64,000 nt of DNA from Patescibacteria group bacterium (GCA_026004395.1 BPJB01000001.1:263343-327342), one strand, 5' to 3'; shown: positions 41,729 to 52,310, numbered from the stretch's first letter. Numbers and translations are program-made. The notes: generated by a model not told the origin, from the sequence alone.

Positions 41729-42174
41729 CTTAGTCTTTCTCGCACAATCTTACTCACTACTGCGCCATCAGCTTTACCTTTGATCTTTGGCATAACAATG
41801 CCCATAACTTTTCCTATATCTTGAGGTGATGTAGAGCCTGTTTGTCTAATTGCTTCATCAACAATTTCAGAAATCTCATCTTCATCTAATTGCTGAGGAA
41901 GGTATTTTTGTAGAATTTCTAATTCTTTTTGTTCTTTTTGTGCAAGATCTAACCTTCTCCCTGATATAAATTGTCCTATTGAGTCCTTACGTTGTTTTAC
42001 CTCCTTTTGGATTACTGAAATGACGTCTTCATCAGTTGCTTCATAGCCTGCTCCTCTTTTCTGAATTTCATAGTAATTTATAGCAGAGAGAAGCATACGC
42101 AGAGTTGATGTTTTTATCTCATCCCTTGCTAGCATTGATTGTTTTAGTTCCTCTTTTAATTTTTGTTTAAGCAT
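41707..42174 (-). CDS. GatB/YqeY domain protein
   Basis: KEVKQRKDSI, E.EIL.KYLPQQL, DIGKVMG..MPK.KGKADG. Confidence 0.9.
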   Translation of the reverse strand: MLKQKLKEELKQSMLARDEIKTSTLRMLLSAINYYEIQKRGAGYEATDEDVISVIQKEVKQRKDSIGQFISGRRLDLAQKEQKELEILQKYLPQQLDEDEISEIVDEAIRQTGSTSPQDIGKVMGIVMPKIKGKADGAVVSKIVRERLSQLRSVG

Positions 42175-42224
42175 AGAGGTATTATACAAAATCCATTGAT
42201 ATATGAGAATGCGAAATTTTGAGA

Positions 42225-43472
42225 TTAAGATGTTTTTACAGGAAGAAGTAGTGGCTCAGTTTCTACTTTGTATTGTTGGTATTCGCCGTAATTTGTGGAC
42301 TCATTATATGCTGTTTTTGAGAAAGCAGTTGATTGGAAAAAAACAATTTCGTCATCTTCAACATCTGCCAATACAAATGCGTGAGGTTTAAATTTGCCTG
42401 CTATCTTATATTCTGCTGCTTTTCTGAGAAGTGTTTGCTCTAATGTGTGAAGAATATTTCTAGCTCCATAATTATTGGTATCTGCTTGATTTAAGATCCA
42501 TTCTCTGAGGCGATTAGTAGTCAGTAACGTAATACAGTGCCTTGGATCATTTGCTGCTAGATCGTTGTTGGCTTGATTTAGGAACTTTTCGAATATTTTT
42601 GCATAGTGTTCAGGTTGTAGATCATTAAATCCTACCTTAGTCTCAATCCTTCCTAAAAATTCAGGATATGACCTAAATCTTCCAGTCAAAAGAGCATGTC
42701 TAGCAATTTCTTGATAATTGGGAATTGTACTTTCATGTTGATTTATCTTTCCTCTAAATCCTATTCCAAAATTTTTGCCTGATCTTGCTTGTTGCATTAT
42801 TTCAGCTCCTTCATTTGAAGTAAAAACAATCCATGATTTTTTAAAATCAAGTGTTGTTGGTTCAATAGCTCTCCCTCCTGACCCATTAGGTGACGGTTGA
42901 TCAGTAGGAAGAAACAGAGTTGTTTTGCCTTCATCTAAAATAGGCATTAACCATTTCCATACTTCAGGATGCGCTTTCTCTATCTCATCAAAAAGTACAA
43001 CAGCGCCGTACTCAAGGTGATAAGGCATGATGAGTACATCTCCTCCAAATCCAACATATTTGGGATCTGATCCTTTTAGTCTAGTCACCGATGATGGATC
43101 CTGTAAATCAGTACAGTCTATTTTTACAAAATGTTCCTCTGGATTTGTAGGAAAAAGATAGCGTGTCATTGCTCTTGCTAACTCGGTTTTACCCACTCCT
43201 GTAGGGCCAAGAAAAAGAAATGAACCTAGAGGTTTTCTGTTGCTTTTAAATCCAGCGAGAGATCGAACAATACTTTCAGCAACAGCATTGCATGCTTCTG
43301 ATTGTCCAAAAACACTTTTTTCAAGCTCTGATGCTATTGCTTGTGTTGGTGTGATTTCTGGAGGAGTTACTTTCTCAAATATCATGTGATTTTTAATTTC
43401 TTCACTAGCATTTGAGAGATTTTGAGCAATAAATATTTTTGTAGAATGGCTTTCAAACCTTGATTCTATCAT
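42225..43472 (-). CDS. Stand-alone ClpA/B D2-type AAA+ ATPase
   Basis: VFGQ.EA, FLFLGPTGVGKTELA, YVG pore loop, VVLFDEIEKAHP, FTSN, PEFLGRI, YGARNI; no D1 or N domain. Confidence 0.85.
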   Translation of the reverse strand: MIESRFESHSTKIFIAQNLSNASEEIKNHMIFEKVTPPEITPTQAIASELEKSVFGQSEACNAVAESIVRSLAGFKSNRKPLGSFLFLGPTGVGKTELARAMTRYLFPTNPEEHFVKIDCTDLQDPSSVTRLKGSDPKYVGFGGDVLIMPYHLEYGAVVLFDEIEKAHPEVWKWLMPILDEGKTTLFLPTDQPSPNGSGGRAIEPTTLDFKKSWIVFTSNEGAEIMQQARSGKNFGIGFRGKINQHESTIPNYQEIARHALLTGRFRSYPEFLGRIETKVGFNDLQPEHYAKIFEKFLNQANNDLAANDPRHCITLLTTNRLREWILNQADTNNYGARNILHTLEQTLLRKAAEYKIAGKFKPHAFVLADVEDDEIVFFQSTAFSKTAYNESTNYGEYQQYKVETEPLLLPVKTS

Positions 43473-43587
43473 AAAAGGAAAAATCCTCCTTTTTTGAAAA
43501 TGAGTATAATTAACACCCAATTTCCATCCTTTAAATATTTAAGAGGATTTTATATTCTTGAAAATATTCTGCAAATAGGTTGTGCTC

Positions 43588-43616
43588 ATTCTATGACGAA
43601 TAGTCACAGAATGCAA
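43588..43616 (-). promoter_or_regulatory. Putative sigma70 promoter upstream of the Clp-D2 gene leader
   Basis: TTGCAT-N17-TAGAAT on the minus strand. Confidence 0.5.
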
Positions 43617-43624
43617 TACTTTTT

Positions 43625-45022
43625 CTATAAATCACTTTTCCCTAATTCATGAATTCTTTGCAGTAGATATTCTCGATTATTTTTTGATAAATCTTCATCT
43701 ACTTCTTCGAATAACTTTTGAAGAATTTTTCCAACTTTTGGTCCAGGTTTGATATTAAGCTCTCTCATTACATCTTTTCCATTGACAGCAAGATCTCTAA
43801 GTGAAAATGGTGGAGGTGCTAGTTGTTCTTCAACCCTTTTCTTAAAAAGTTTCAGTCTCCAACTTTCTGCAGTTTGTGTACCTCCACCTAATCTATCTCC
43901 GATACGAAGATCCATCATATCTTTTACATTTTCTACACCAACGCGTCTAATAAATCTTCTTACTGCACTGTCAGTAATGTGTTCATCAACGGTAAACATA
44001 TGCCATCTTACAAGAGTAACAACTTTTTCTTTATCTTTGCGTGAAAATCTCAAACGATCACAAATTTCTGCAGCCATTTTTGCTCCAATTATTTCATGAT
44101 TATGAAAGATTATGTATCCTTGTTCATCTTTGCTGGCAACTCGTGGTTTGCCAATATCATGAATAAGCGTTGCAAAACGAACAATAGGATCTGAAGAAGG
44201 ACAAAATTTTAATGATGCAACATTATGTTCGAAGACATCTGTAGTGTGATGTCTCCCGGGACGAGCTTGTGAAACACCGATTCCCTCCAATAGTTCTGGA
44301 ATAATGTACTTAAGAAGACCAGTATTTTTTAATAAAAGAATTCCGTCATAAGGATAAGGGCTTGATATAATTTTCATAAATTCATCTCTGATTCTCTCCA
44401 TAGCAATTTCTTGGATAAGATGAGCATCTGAGATAATTGCTTGAAGAGTTTTTTCTTCTATAGAAAATCCGAGTTCTGTTGCAAATCTAATCGCTCTAAG
44501 CATTCGTAAGGCATCTTCCTTGAATCGCAGATTAGGATCTCCAACAGCCTTTATGATTTTGTGTTTTAAATCATGTTGTCCATTATAAGGATCTATTAGT
44601 TCTGTTTGTAAATTGTCATCAATAGCTATAGCCATTGCGTTGATTGTGAAATCTCTGCGGGCAAGATCTTCCTCAATAGTCTTACCCCATTCGATAATTT
44701 CTGGATGTCTGCGGTCTTTATATCCTCTCTCTGTCCTAAAAGTTGTTATTTCTACAACTTGTTTATTACCTGGTGTTATTTCAATAGGTATTCCTACTGT
44801 TCCAAAGATGTTATCATAAAAACCTTGTGGAAAAAGAGAAAGAATCTGCTCAGGTGTTGCATTGGTCGTAAAATCCCAGTCTTTAACTTCTTTTCCAAGC
44901 AGCATATTGCGAACACATCCTCCTACAAGATAGATCTCAAAACCAGCTTGTCTAAATTTATTATTGATCTGTATGATGGTCTCAGGAATTAGTTCTTTTA
45001 TTGACTTGTTCATATTATTCAC
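43625..45022 (-). CDS. cca: CCA-adding tRNA nucleotidyltransferase with HD domain
   Basis: YLVGGCVR, KDWDFTT, DLARRDFTINA, EDALRMLRAIRF, HDIGKP. Confidence 0.9.
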   Translation of the reverse strand: MNNMNKSIKELIPETIIQINNKFRQAGFEIYLVGGCVRNMLLGKEVKDWDFTTNATPEQILSLFPQGFYDNIFGTVGIPIEITPGNKQVVEITTFRTERGYKDRRHPEIIEWGKTIEEDLARRDFTINAMAIAIDDNLQTELIDPYNGQHDLKHKIIKAVGDPNLRFKEDALRMLRAIRFATELGFSIEEKTLQAIISDAHLIQEIAMERIRDEFMKIISSPYPYDGILLLKNTGLLKYIIPELLEGIGVSQARPGRHHTTDVFEHNVASLKFCPSSDPIVRFATLIHDIGKPRVASKDEQGYIIFHNHEIIGAKMAAEICDRLRFSRKDKEKVVTLVRWHMFTVDEHITDSAVRRFIRRVGVENVKDMMDLRIGDRLGGGTQTAESWRLKLFKKRVEEQLAPPPFSLRDLAVNGKDVMRELNIKPGPKVGKILQKLFEEVDEDLSKNNREYLLQRIHELGKSDL

Positions 45023-45056
45023 CTCTGGTATAGTATATCAGAAAGATTGACCATTC

Positions 45057-46730
45057 ATGAAAAAATGGAACATACTTGCATCAGTTAAAGATCTTCCATC
45101 TCTTACTATTGAGGATATTAGAGATATCCTTCTGCATAACAGAGGTATTATTTCCGACGAACAAAAGGATTCTTTCTTCAAGCCTCAGTTAGAGTCTATT
45201 AGTATTGATTCTGTGGGTTTGAATACAGATGAAATAAGAAAAGCTTTTCGGAGGATCAAGGATGCAATACAGAGGAAAGAACAAATCATAATTTATGGAG
45301 ATTATGATGTTGATGGTATTACTGGTACTGCGATATTGTGGGAGACACTTAAGAAATTAGGAGCAATAGTCATGCCGTATATTCCACATCGCGTTGAGGA
45401 AGGATATGGGCTTTCAGAAAAAGGGATTGAAAATATTCTTAAGCAATATCCGCAGACATCTCTGATTATAACCGTTGATAACGGTATAGTTGCTAATAAA
45501 GCAGTTGATTTTGCCTTTAATAAAAAGATCGATGTTATTATCACTGATCATCATGTATCCGATGAGGGACGCGAATTACCACAAAAAGCGTTTTCCATAT
45601 TGCATACTACCAAGCTTTGTGGTGCTGGAATAGCCTGGCTTATCTCCAATGAACTTTTTTCATTTTTTGGGAAAAAACAAGAAGATCAAACCTATTTAGG
45701 ATTTGCAGCCATAGCAACTATAGCAGATCTTGTTCCTCTACAAGGAGCAAATAGAGCAATTGTTTTCTATGGTCTCCAAGAAATCCATAAGACGCATCGT
45801 CCAGGACTGATTGCATTATTCGAGAAGTCGGGAATCAATCAAGAAGATATTGATGTCTATGAAATTGGTCATATTATTGCTCCTAGACTAAATGCTACAG
45901 GAAGATTAGAAAGTGCGATGGATAGTTTAAGACTTCTTTGTACACACGATAAAAAGAGAGCAGATGAGCTCGCAGTAAAGTTAAATGAGATTAATGCTAC
46001 TCGTCAGAAAATCATGATTGATTCTGTATTTCATGCAAAAGAAATAGTTGAGACACGTAGTGAACTAAAAAAAATGCTTATCGTCGCTCATGATTCATAT
46101 CCTGAAGGAATAATTGGACTTATTGCCAGTAAGTTGGTTGAGGAATATCATCGGCCAACAATAGTTATTGCTAAGGGAGAAAAAGTTAGTAAAGGGTCAG
46201 TAAGATCTATCCAAGGATTTAATATAATTCAATTTTTGAGACAAAATTCTCATTTTTTTGTGAACGTGGGTGGACACCCTATGGCTGCTGGGTTTACCAT
46301 TGCAACGGAAAAGATAGAACTTTTGCAAAAAACACTAGAGGATCTTGCTCATTTGAATGTCACAGATGATCTTCTAGTACATTCACTGAATATTGATTGT
46401 GAAATTCCTTTTGGTCTTATCTCAGCGAATTTATATGAAATGCTTAAGTCTTTCAAGCCTTATGGCATGAGCAATCCACAGCCTATTTTTCTAAGTAGAA
46501 ATGTGTATATAAGAGATCTAAAAATTATAGGAAAGGATGGAAAGCATCTTAGAATGCTCTTACAACAGGATAATAAATTAGTTGAAGCTGTAGCTTTTAA
46601 TATGGTAGATATGTTACCCAAGTTGCAAAGCAATAAGTATATAGATATTGTTTATTCAATAGATGAGAATACTTGGAATGGTACTCCAAGACTGCAATTA
46701 AAATTGAAAGACATCAAGACATCTTCTTAA
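45057..46730 (+). CDS. recJ: ssDNA exonuclease RecJ
   Basis: GDYDVDG, TVDNG, ITDHH, ATIADLVPL, PRLNATGR, GGHPMAAG. Confidence 0.95.
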   Translation: MKKWNILASVKDLPSLTIEDIRDILLHNRGIISDEQKDSFFKPQLESISIDSVGLNTDEIRKAFRRIKDAIQRKEQIIIYGDYDVDGITGTAILWETLKKLGAIVMPYIPHRVEEGYGLSEKGIENILKQYPQTSLIITVDNGIVANKAVDFAFNKKIDVIITDHHVSDEGRELPQKAFSILHTTKLCGAGIAWLISNELFSFFGKKQEDQTYLGFAAIATIADLVPLQGANRAIVFYGLQEIHKTHRPGLIALFEKSGINQEDIDVYEIGHIIAPRLNATGRLESAMDSLRLLCTHDKKRADELAVKLNEINATRQKIMIDSVFHAKEIVETRSELKKMLIVAHDSYPEGIIGLIASKLVEEYHRPTIVIAKGEKVSKGSVRSIQGFNIIQFLRQNSHFFVNVGGHPMAAGFTIATEKIELLQKTLEDLAHLNVTDDLLVHSLNIDCEIPFGLISANLYEMLKSFKPYGMSNPQPIFLSRNVYIRDLKIIGKDGKHLRMLLQQDNKLVEAVAFNMVDMLPKLQSNKYIDIVYSIDENTWNGTPRLQLKLKDIKTSS

Positions 46731-47167
46731 TGATTATCGTCAGAGTTAGTTGCAAAGATGACTCCACCGTTATGATCAAAACTTTGTTCTTGTCCATAAA
46801 GTCGATTACCATTTTCTGATGAGTGCGTGTTTTTTGATGATGTTTGTCTAAGACCTCTTTTGTTTAGTTCTGCAGCCTCCTGCATTCCAGAGAGAATAGT
46901 TTTCAATCTCTTCCTTGCAGAATTAATTCTATCTTTTTTTGATTGATGTGGTAGAATTGGCAGTTTAGGGTATCGAAGTTGTAACATGCATCTTCGAATT
47001 TCCCATTCTTGATTATTTCTATTTCTTTCAATACTTGTCTCATCAACACCTTGACTTCGCCAAAGTGGGACGATTGTACTCTCTTGTTGAGAACGAATTT
47101 GCTGTCTTCGATAAACTGGATCATGTGTACCTATATCAAATATTGGTGTTTTAATCCGTTCTGACAT
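46727..47167 (-). CDS. Orphan basic protein
   Basis: 146 aa ORF with GGGAGG SD and its own consensus promoter. Confidence 0.6.
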   Translation of the reverse strand: MSERIKTPIFDIGTHDPVYRRQQIRSQQESTIVPLWRSQGVDETSIERNRNNQEWEIRRCMLQLRYPKLPILPHQSKKDRINSARKRLKTILSGMQEAAELNKRGLRQTSSKNTHSSENGNRLYGQEQSFDHNGGVIFATNSDDNH

Positions 47168-47178
47168 ATTTCCCTCCC

Positions 47179-47217
47179 AAAAAAAATCTCCTTTTTATTT
47201 TTAATATTAAGGAGATT
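47179..47217 (-). terminator. Terminator-like hairpin in the 5' leader (possible attenuator)
   Basis: AATCTCCTT-N15-AAGGAGATT followed by a U-run immediately before the SD of 47167. Confidence 0.5.
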
Positions 47218-47308
47218 GCATTTATTTCACACAACCAATTTCCCGCTAGATGCGTCGGAAGGATTGGTAGAACATATTTCTAACAAGATAATTACTCATG
47301 AATAACGT

Positions 47309-47338
47309 ATTATAGTATTTATTTTTTCTGCTTGTCAA
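47309..47338 (-). promoter_or_regulatory. Consensus sigma70 promoter
   Basis: TTGACA-N18-TATAAT on the minus strand. Confidence 0.7.
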
Positions 47339-47406
47339 GAGAATAAATTCAATGTATCATTATGCATGAGAAATGCAAGGAATGATTCCTTGTTTTTTAT
47401 CATTCT

Positions 47407-48807
47407 ATGCAACGAACACTTATATCTGAAACAGTACATAAAGTAGGAGAGGAGGTGCTCCTTCAGGGATGGGTTGATACAAAACGAGACCACGGGAAAT
47501 TAACATTTGTAGATTTAAGAGATAGATCAGGTAAAGTACAATGTGTGGGTGTTCAGAAAATGGGAGAGTTGTCTATTGAATCGGTTGTGGAGATAGTGGG
47601 AGAAGTGAAGAAGAGACCAGAGAAGATGATTAATCCTCAGCTTTTTACAGGAAGTATTGAGATCGATGTTAAGGAGTACAAAGTATTAAATATCGCACAA
47701 GAATTACCTTTTCCGATAAACACAGATGGAAGAGAAATAAGTGAAGAAGTACGTTTGCGTTATAGGTATCTTGATTTAAGACGGGAGAGATTACAGAAAA
47801 ATATCAGACTTCGATCAGCATTTACACGTGCTATCTCAGAAGCTCTTTACAAAAGAGATTTTGTTGAGATAGAAACTCCATTATTAACAAAATCTACAAA
47901 AGAAGGCGCTAGAGACTTCGTCGTACCTTCGAGATTTCAACCAGGTAAATTTTATGCTCTTCCACAAAGCCCCCAACAATACAAGCAATTATTAATGACA
48001 GCTGGGTTTGAGCAGTATTTTCAAATTGCTAGATGTTTTAGAGATGAAGATTTGCGTGCTGATCGGGGTTTTGAATTAACGCAGGTAGATGTTGAGATGA
48101 GTTTTGTTCAGAGAGAAGATGTGATGAGAGTAATTGAAGAGGTAGTAAAAGAATCAGTAAAAGAAGTAGGAGGAAAATTAAAAGATGAGAGTTTTCCTGT
48201 CATAACTTACCAGGAAGCAATAGAGAAGTATGGAGCAGATAAATTTGATTTAAGGACGGAAAAAGATAAAAAAGAAGGTAAGTTAGCTTTTGCGTGGGTC
48301 ATTGATTTTCCCTTTTTTAAGAAAGTTGACAAAAAAGACGTTGCTGAAGTAAGAGATAGTAAATCAGGATGGACATTTACCCACAATCCTTTCAGTTCGC
48401 CAATTCCTGAACATAGAGAGTGGCATCTTCAGCAAAAAAACATTGATAAGATTATTTCGGCTCAATATGATTTGGTATGTAATGGTTATGAAGTAGGTGG
48501 GGGAAGTATTCGCGCGCACGAACCTGATGTACTTAAAGCTACATTTAAAATCATGGGATATACAGATGAGGAGATTGAATCAAGCATAGGACATATGCTT
48601 GAAGCATTTAAAATGGGAACACCACCTCATGGAGGAATTGCCTTAGGGCTAGACCGGCTTATTATGGTTCTGGCAGGAGAAACATCTATGAAAGAATGTG
48701 TAGCATTTCCTATGACTTCAACAGGAAGAACTGCTGTTATGGATGCTCCTTCAGAAATTAGTACTGAACAGCTAGAAGAACTTGGTTTAGCACTTATTAA
48801 AAAGTAA
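47407..48807 (+). CDS. aspS: Aspartyl-tRNA synthetase, bacterial type lacking GAD domain (likely non-discriminating)
   Basis: GWV..KRDHG, RYRYLDLRR, EGARDF, LPQSPQ, CFRDED, GGGSIR, PPHGGIALGLDR. Confidence 0.93.
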   Translation: MQRTLISETVHKVGEEVLLQGWVDTKRDHGKLTFVDLRDRSGKVQCVGVQKMGELSIESVVEIVGEVKKRPEKMINPQLFTGSIEIDVKEYKVLNIAQELPFPINTDGREISEEVRLRYRYLDLRRERLQKNIRLRSAFTRAISEALYKRDFVEIETPLLTKSTKEGARDFVVPSRFQPGKFYALPQSPQQYKQLLMTAGFEQYFQIARCFRDEDLRADRGFELTQVDVEMSFVQREDVMRVIEEVVKESVKEVGGKLKDESFPVITYQEAIEKYGADKFDLRTEKDKKEGKLAFAWVIDFPFFKKVDKKDVAEVRDSKSGWTFTHNPFSSPIPEHREWHLQQKNIDKIISAQYDLVCNGYEVGGGSIRAHEPDVLKATFKIMGYTDEEIESSIGHMLEAFKMGTPPHGGIALGLDRLIMVLAGETSMKECVAFPMTSTGRTAVMDAPSEISTEQLEELGLALIKK

Positions 48808-48854
48808 ACCTTTATCTTTCTCTCCTAATTTTGCTACTATATTTTTTAGCCTCT

Positions 48855-49834
48855 ATGAAACAAAAGAAGTCTTTCCAAAAGAAAAAAAATTGTCTATTTG
48901 TTTGAAAAATATCGATTTGATATTTTTCTTTTTTTAATACCAATTTTTTTTTGCTTTTATTTTTGGTGTATTAACTTTTATAGAGAGAACAGTTACCACA
49001 GATCTACAGAGATTCCAGCTGGTGATGAAACCCTATATAGTTAATGTAAGTGAGTATCCTTTCTTAAGTAAAAAATCAATACCTAATATTACTGCAGAAT
49101 CAGCGTTAATTATGGATGTTGATTCCAAGACTATTCTTTATGCCAAAAATCCCGATTTAAGATTCTCAATGGCTTCAACAACAAAGATAATGACTGCGCT
49201 TGTTGCTTTGGATTATTTCCATGAAAAAGATATTTTGAGAGTATTTACGAGTAATGTTGAGGGAGTAAATGTGGGTTTTGAAATAGGCGAGCGTATTTAT
49301 TTTGAAGATGCATTATATGCAATGTTACTGCCTTCAGGTAATGACGCAGCGTATCTTGTTGCACAGAATTATCCAGGAGGCATGGAAGCGTTCGTAGCAA
49401 AAATGAATGCTAAAGCACAGCAGCTTCGATTGCTGAATACGCATTATTCAGATCCAGCTGGACTGGATGATGATGGCAACTATACAACTGTTGTTGATTT
49501 AGCGCATCTTGCAGCTATAGCCTTAAAGAATAAAACTATTTCAGAAATATCAGCGACAAAAAGTAAAATTATAGCCAATGTTGATCGAACAAAAACTTAT
49601 CAATTAGAAAATCTTAATAAGCTCCTTGGTCAATATGGTGTTATGGGGTTAAAAACAGGATACACAGAAGGCGCAGGAGGTGTTCTTGTGACCTATACGG
49701 TAGCTCACGGTCGTACTTTTATTGTAGTGGTGATGCGCAGCGCTGATAGGTTTGCAGATACACAAGCATTACTTTCATATCTTCGTGACGATACCACAAT
49801 CTTTACTCCAAGGTTTGAGTCTTATCATCACTAA
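48855..49834 (+). CDS. D-alanyl-D-alanine carboxypeptidase (peptidase S11); N-terminal anchor frameshifted in homopolymer runs
   Basis: SxxK (ASTTKIMT), SGND, KTG (LKTGYTEGAG); ATG 48855 with basic then hydrophobic segment out of frame. Confidence 0.85.
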
Positions 49835-50867
49835 ACCATTCGTCTTCAATTGCTGAAACATATCCGTAGAATCCATCTTTACCTTCAAATATATATATTG
49901 GGATTAGATATTGCTGTTTTTCACTACCTAAATAGTATCCTAAAAAGACATTTTTGATAACTATTTCATTAGATGTACCATAATAAGCAGCAATTGATCC
50001 TTTACCCGATTGTAGTTCTTTGAAAGCCTGCTCTACTAATTTAAGAGGATAGGTTGCGCTTTGATTACTAATAGTTTGATGATAAAACTGTCCTTCTACT
50101 ATTTCACCTCTTGAATCTGTTCCACCAATTAGAAAGTACATGGTTGAGAAAGGAGGCTTAGGATAGAATATTGGCATTCGATCAATATTTTTTTGAAAAA
50201 AATCTACTCTGATTAATTGTGTAGTAGAAAGGCTGGTAGCAGGAAAAAGAGTTGAGTTTTGAAGTGTTAGAAGTTGAGTTGTTGTTTTGGAAAGATCAAT
50301 GTCTTCTGGTAAAAGATCCATTGATTTAAGTGTTGATTCCGCTAAGTTTATTGCTTCTTGTGGAGTAATCGTATTTCCTTTGAAAAGGAAAGGTGTTCGC
50401 AGATAATCAGAGGTAATTGAAAAATCGCTAGAAACAATATTAAAAGTAATTTTCCTTTTAAAGATAGAAGAATCTCTCCAAGAATAGACAGTATCAGAAA
50501 TTATTTTTTCATCTGCAGTGAAATTAATTTTTTGAGCACGTAATCTGGTAATTTCAAGATTAAGTAGGTTTGGTTGTTTGGGAATAATTGCATATACTTT
50601 CGCCATGTTCGGGAAATATCCGAGATTGCCGCTAACAGTATCAATAGTATAGGTGAATTTGTTTGATACAACACTTTTGGGGAGAGACACGCGAGGTAAT
50701 TTTCCAAAAGCAACATTTGGAGGTGTAGGCGGTTTTGGGAAAAATACTTTATAAAGCGATATTCCTCCACGGATTAAAAATAGAATGACAAGAATTCCTC
50801 CGATGAGTATAGCACTCCATTTAAAGGTATTTTTAACAAGTTGAGTAGCTTTATATAACGTGAGCAT
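49803..50867 (-). CDS. Hypothetical membrane-anchored exported protein
   Basis: TM then PPTPP.VAFGKLP; C-terminal YPLK..EQAF.EL..G, LGYY, YLIPIYIF.G. Confidence 0.75.
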   Translation of the reverse strand: MLTLYKATQLVKNTFKWSAILIGGILVILFLIRGGISLYKVFFPKPPTPPNVAFGKLPRVSLPKSVVSNKFTYTIDTVSGNLGYFPNMAKVYAIIPKQPNLLNLEITRLRAQKINFTADEKIISDTVYSWRDSSIFKRKITFNIVSSDFSITSDYLRTPFLFKGNTITPQEAINLAESTLKSMDLLPEDIDLSKTTTQLLTLQNSTLFPATSLSTTQLIRVDFFQKNIDRMPIFYPKPPFSTMYFLIGGTDSRGEIVEGQFYHQTISNQSATYPLKLVEQAFKELQSGKGSIAAYYGTSNEIVIKNVFLGYYLGSEKQQYLIPIYIFEGKDGFYGYVSAIEDEWFSDDKTQTLE

Positions 50868-50912
50868 ATATTGAGTATAAGTAACAGTTGATGTAGAATG
50901 CAAGGTAAGTAT

Positions 50913-52310
50913 ATGACTTTTGCAAATGCAAGAACACGTATAGCCCCCTCTCCTACTGGAGAAGATATTCATATAGGTAATCTTTATACAGCACTTATCA
51001 ATTTCGCTGTTGCTAAAAAATATAAAGGTTCATTTATTGTCAGAATTGAGGATACTGATAGAGAGAGATACAAGGAAGGAGCAGAGGGAAAAATACTCTC
51101 CTCGTTAAAAGCATATGGTCTTGACTATGATGAGGGTCCTGATAAAGGAGGTCCTTTTGGACCCTATCGTCAGTCAGAGCGTCTTAATCTTTACCAACAA
51201 TATGCCAAAGAGCTTGTACAAAAAGGAGCCGCCTATTACTGTTTTTGTTCGAAACAGCGACTTGAAGAATTAAGAAGAGAGCAGATAAAGAAGAAAGAGA
51301 TGCCACGATATGATAAATATTGTCTATATCATGTAAAGAATGCACAAAGTAGGATTGAAGCAGGAGAATCTTATGTGATACGGCTAAATGTGCAATCTGG
51401 AAGAACAATAAGTTTTAAAGATGTTATTCGTGGAGAAATAAAGATTGAATCTGAACAGATTGATGACCAGATCCTCTTAAAATCTGACGGTTTTCCTACA
51501 TATCATCTTGGGGTAGTTGTAGATGATCATCTTATGAAGATAAGCCATGTTATTCGCGCAGAGGAATGGATCTCCTCAACACCCAAACATATTCTTCTCT
51601 ATGAAGCTTTTGGATGGGAGATGCCTATTTTTGCGCATTTACCCATATTGAGAAATCCAGATAGAAGCAAACTTTCAAAAAGGAAAAATCCAGTGTGGGC
51701 ATCATGGTATTTAGAGCAAGGTTATCTTCCTGAGGCAGTATTAAATTTTCTTGCTTTGATGGGTTGGAGTCATCCAGAAGGTAAAGAGATATTTACGTTG
51801 AATGAATTTATCCAAACATTTGAGTTGGAGGATGTTAAGTCTGTTGGACCCATTTTTGATATTGTAAAACTCACTTGGATGAATCAACAGTATATACAAA
51901 ATTTGGGTGATGAAGAGTTAATCCAAAGGTTAAAAAAGTTTTTATCACAATCGAATATAAGCGATGCTTTACTGCGAAAGCTACTTCCTTTGACAAAAAC
52001 CCGCATGGAGACTCTTAGAGATTTTTATAAACTCACTTCTCATTTTTTTATTGAGCCAAATGTTAAAGCGCGCTCAGACAAAGAAAAAGTTATTGCTGAA
52101 GATCTCAAAGCTGCACTGACAAATGTTGATTTGTGGACAACAGACAATATACTCTTAGCTCTAAAAGAGATTCTTAAAAAGCACCAGATAAGAATGCCAA
52201 TCATCTATTATATTTTTACAGGAGAGGAGAAAGGACTTCCTCTTCCAGAATCACTTGAGATTCTTGGAAGAGAAAAAACCCTTCTACGGCTTGAGAGGTT
52301 TATAAAATGA
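50913..52310 (+). CDS. gltX: Glutamyl-tRNA synthetase
   Basis: RIAPSPTG..HIGN, RIEDTD, YRQSER, DGFPTYH, KLSKR. Confidence 0.96.
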   Translation: MTFANARTRIAPSPTGEDIHIGNLYTALINFAVAKKYKGSFIVRIEDTDRERYKEGAEGKILSSLKAYGLDYDEGPDKGGPFGPYRQSERLNLYQQYAKELVQKGAAYYCFCSKQRLEELRREQIKKKEMPRYDKYCLYHVKNAQSRIEAGESYVIRLNVQSGRTISFKDVIRGEIKIESEQIDDQILLKSDGFPTYHLGVVVDDHLMKISHVIRAEEWISSTPKHILLYEAFGWEMPIFAHLPILRNPDRSKLSKRKNPVWASWYLEQGYLPEAVLNFLALMGWSHPEGKEIFTLNEFIQTFELEDVKSVGPIFDIVKLTWMNQQYIQNLGDEELIQRLKKFLSQSNISDALLRKLLPLTKTRMETLRDFYKLTSHFFIEPNVKARSDKEKVIAEDLKAALTNVDLWTTDNILLALKEILKKHQIRMPIIYYIFTGEEKGLPLPESLEILGREKTLLRLERFIK

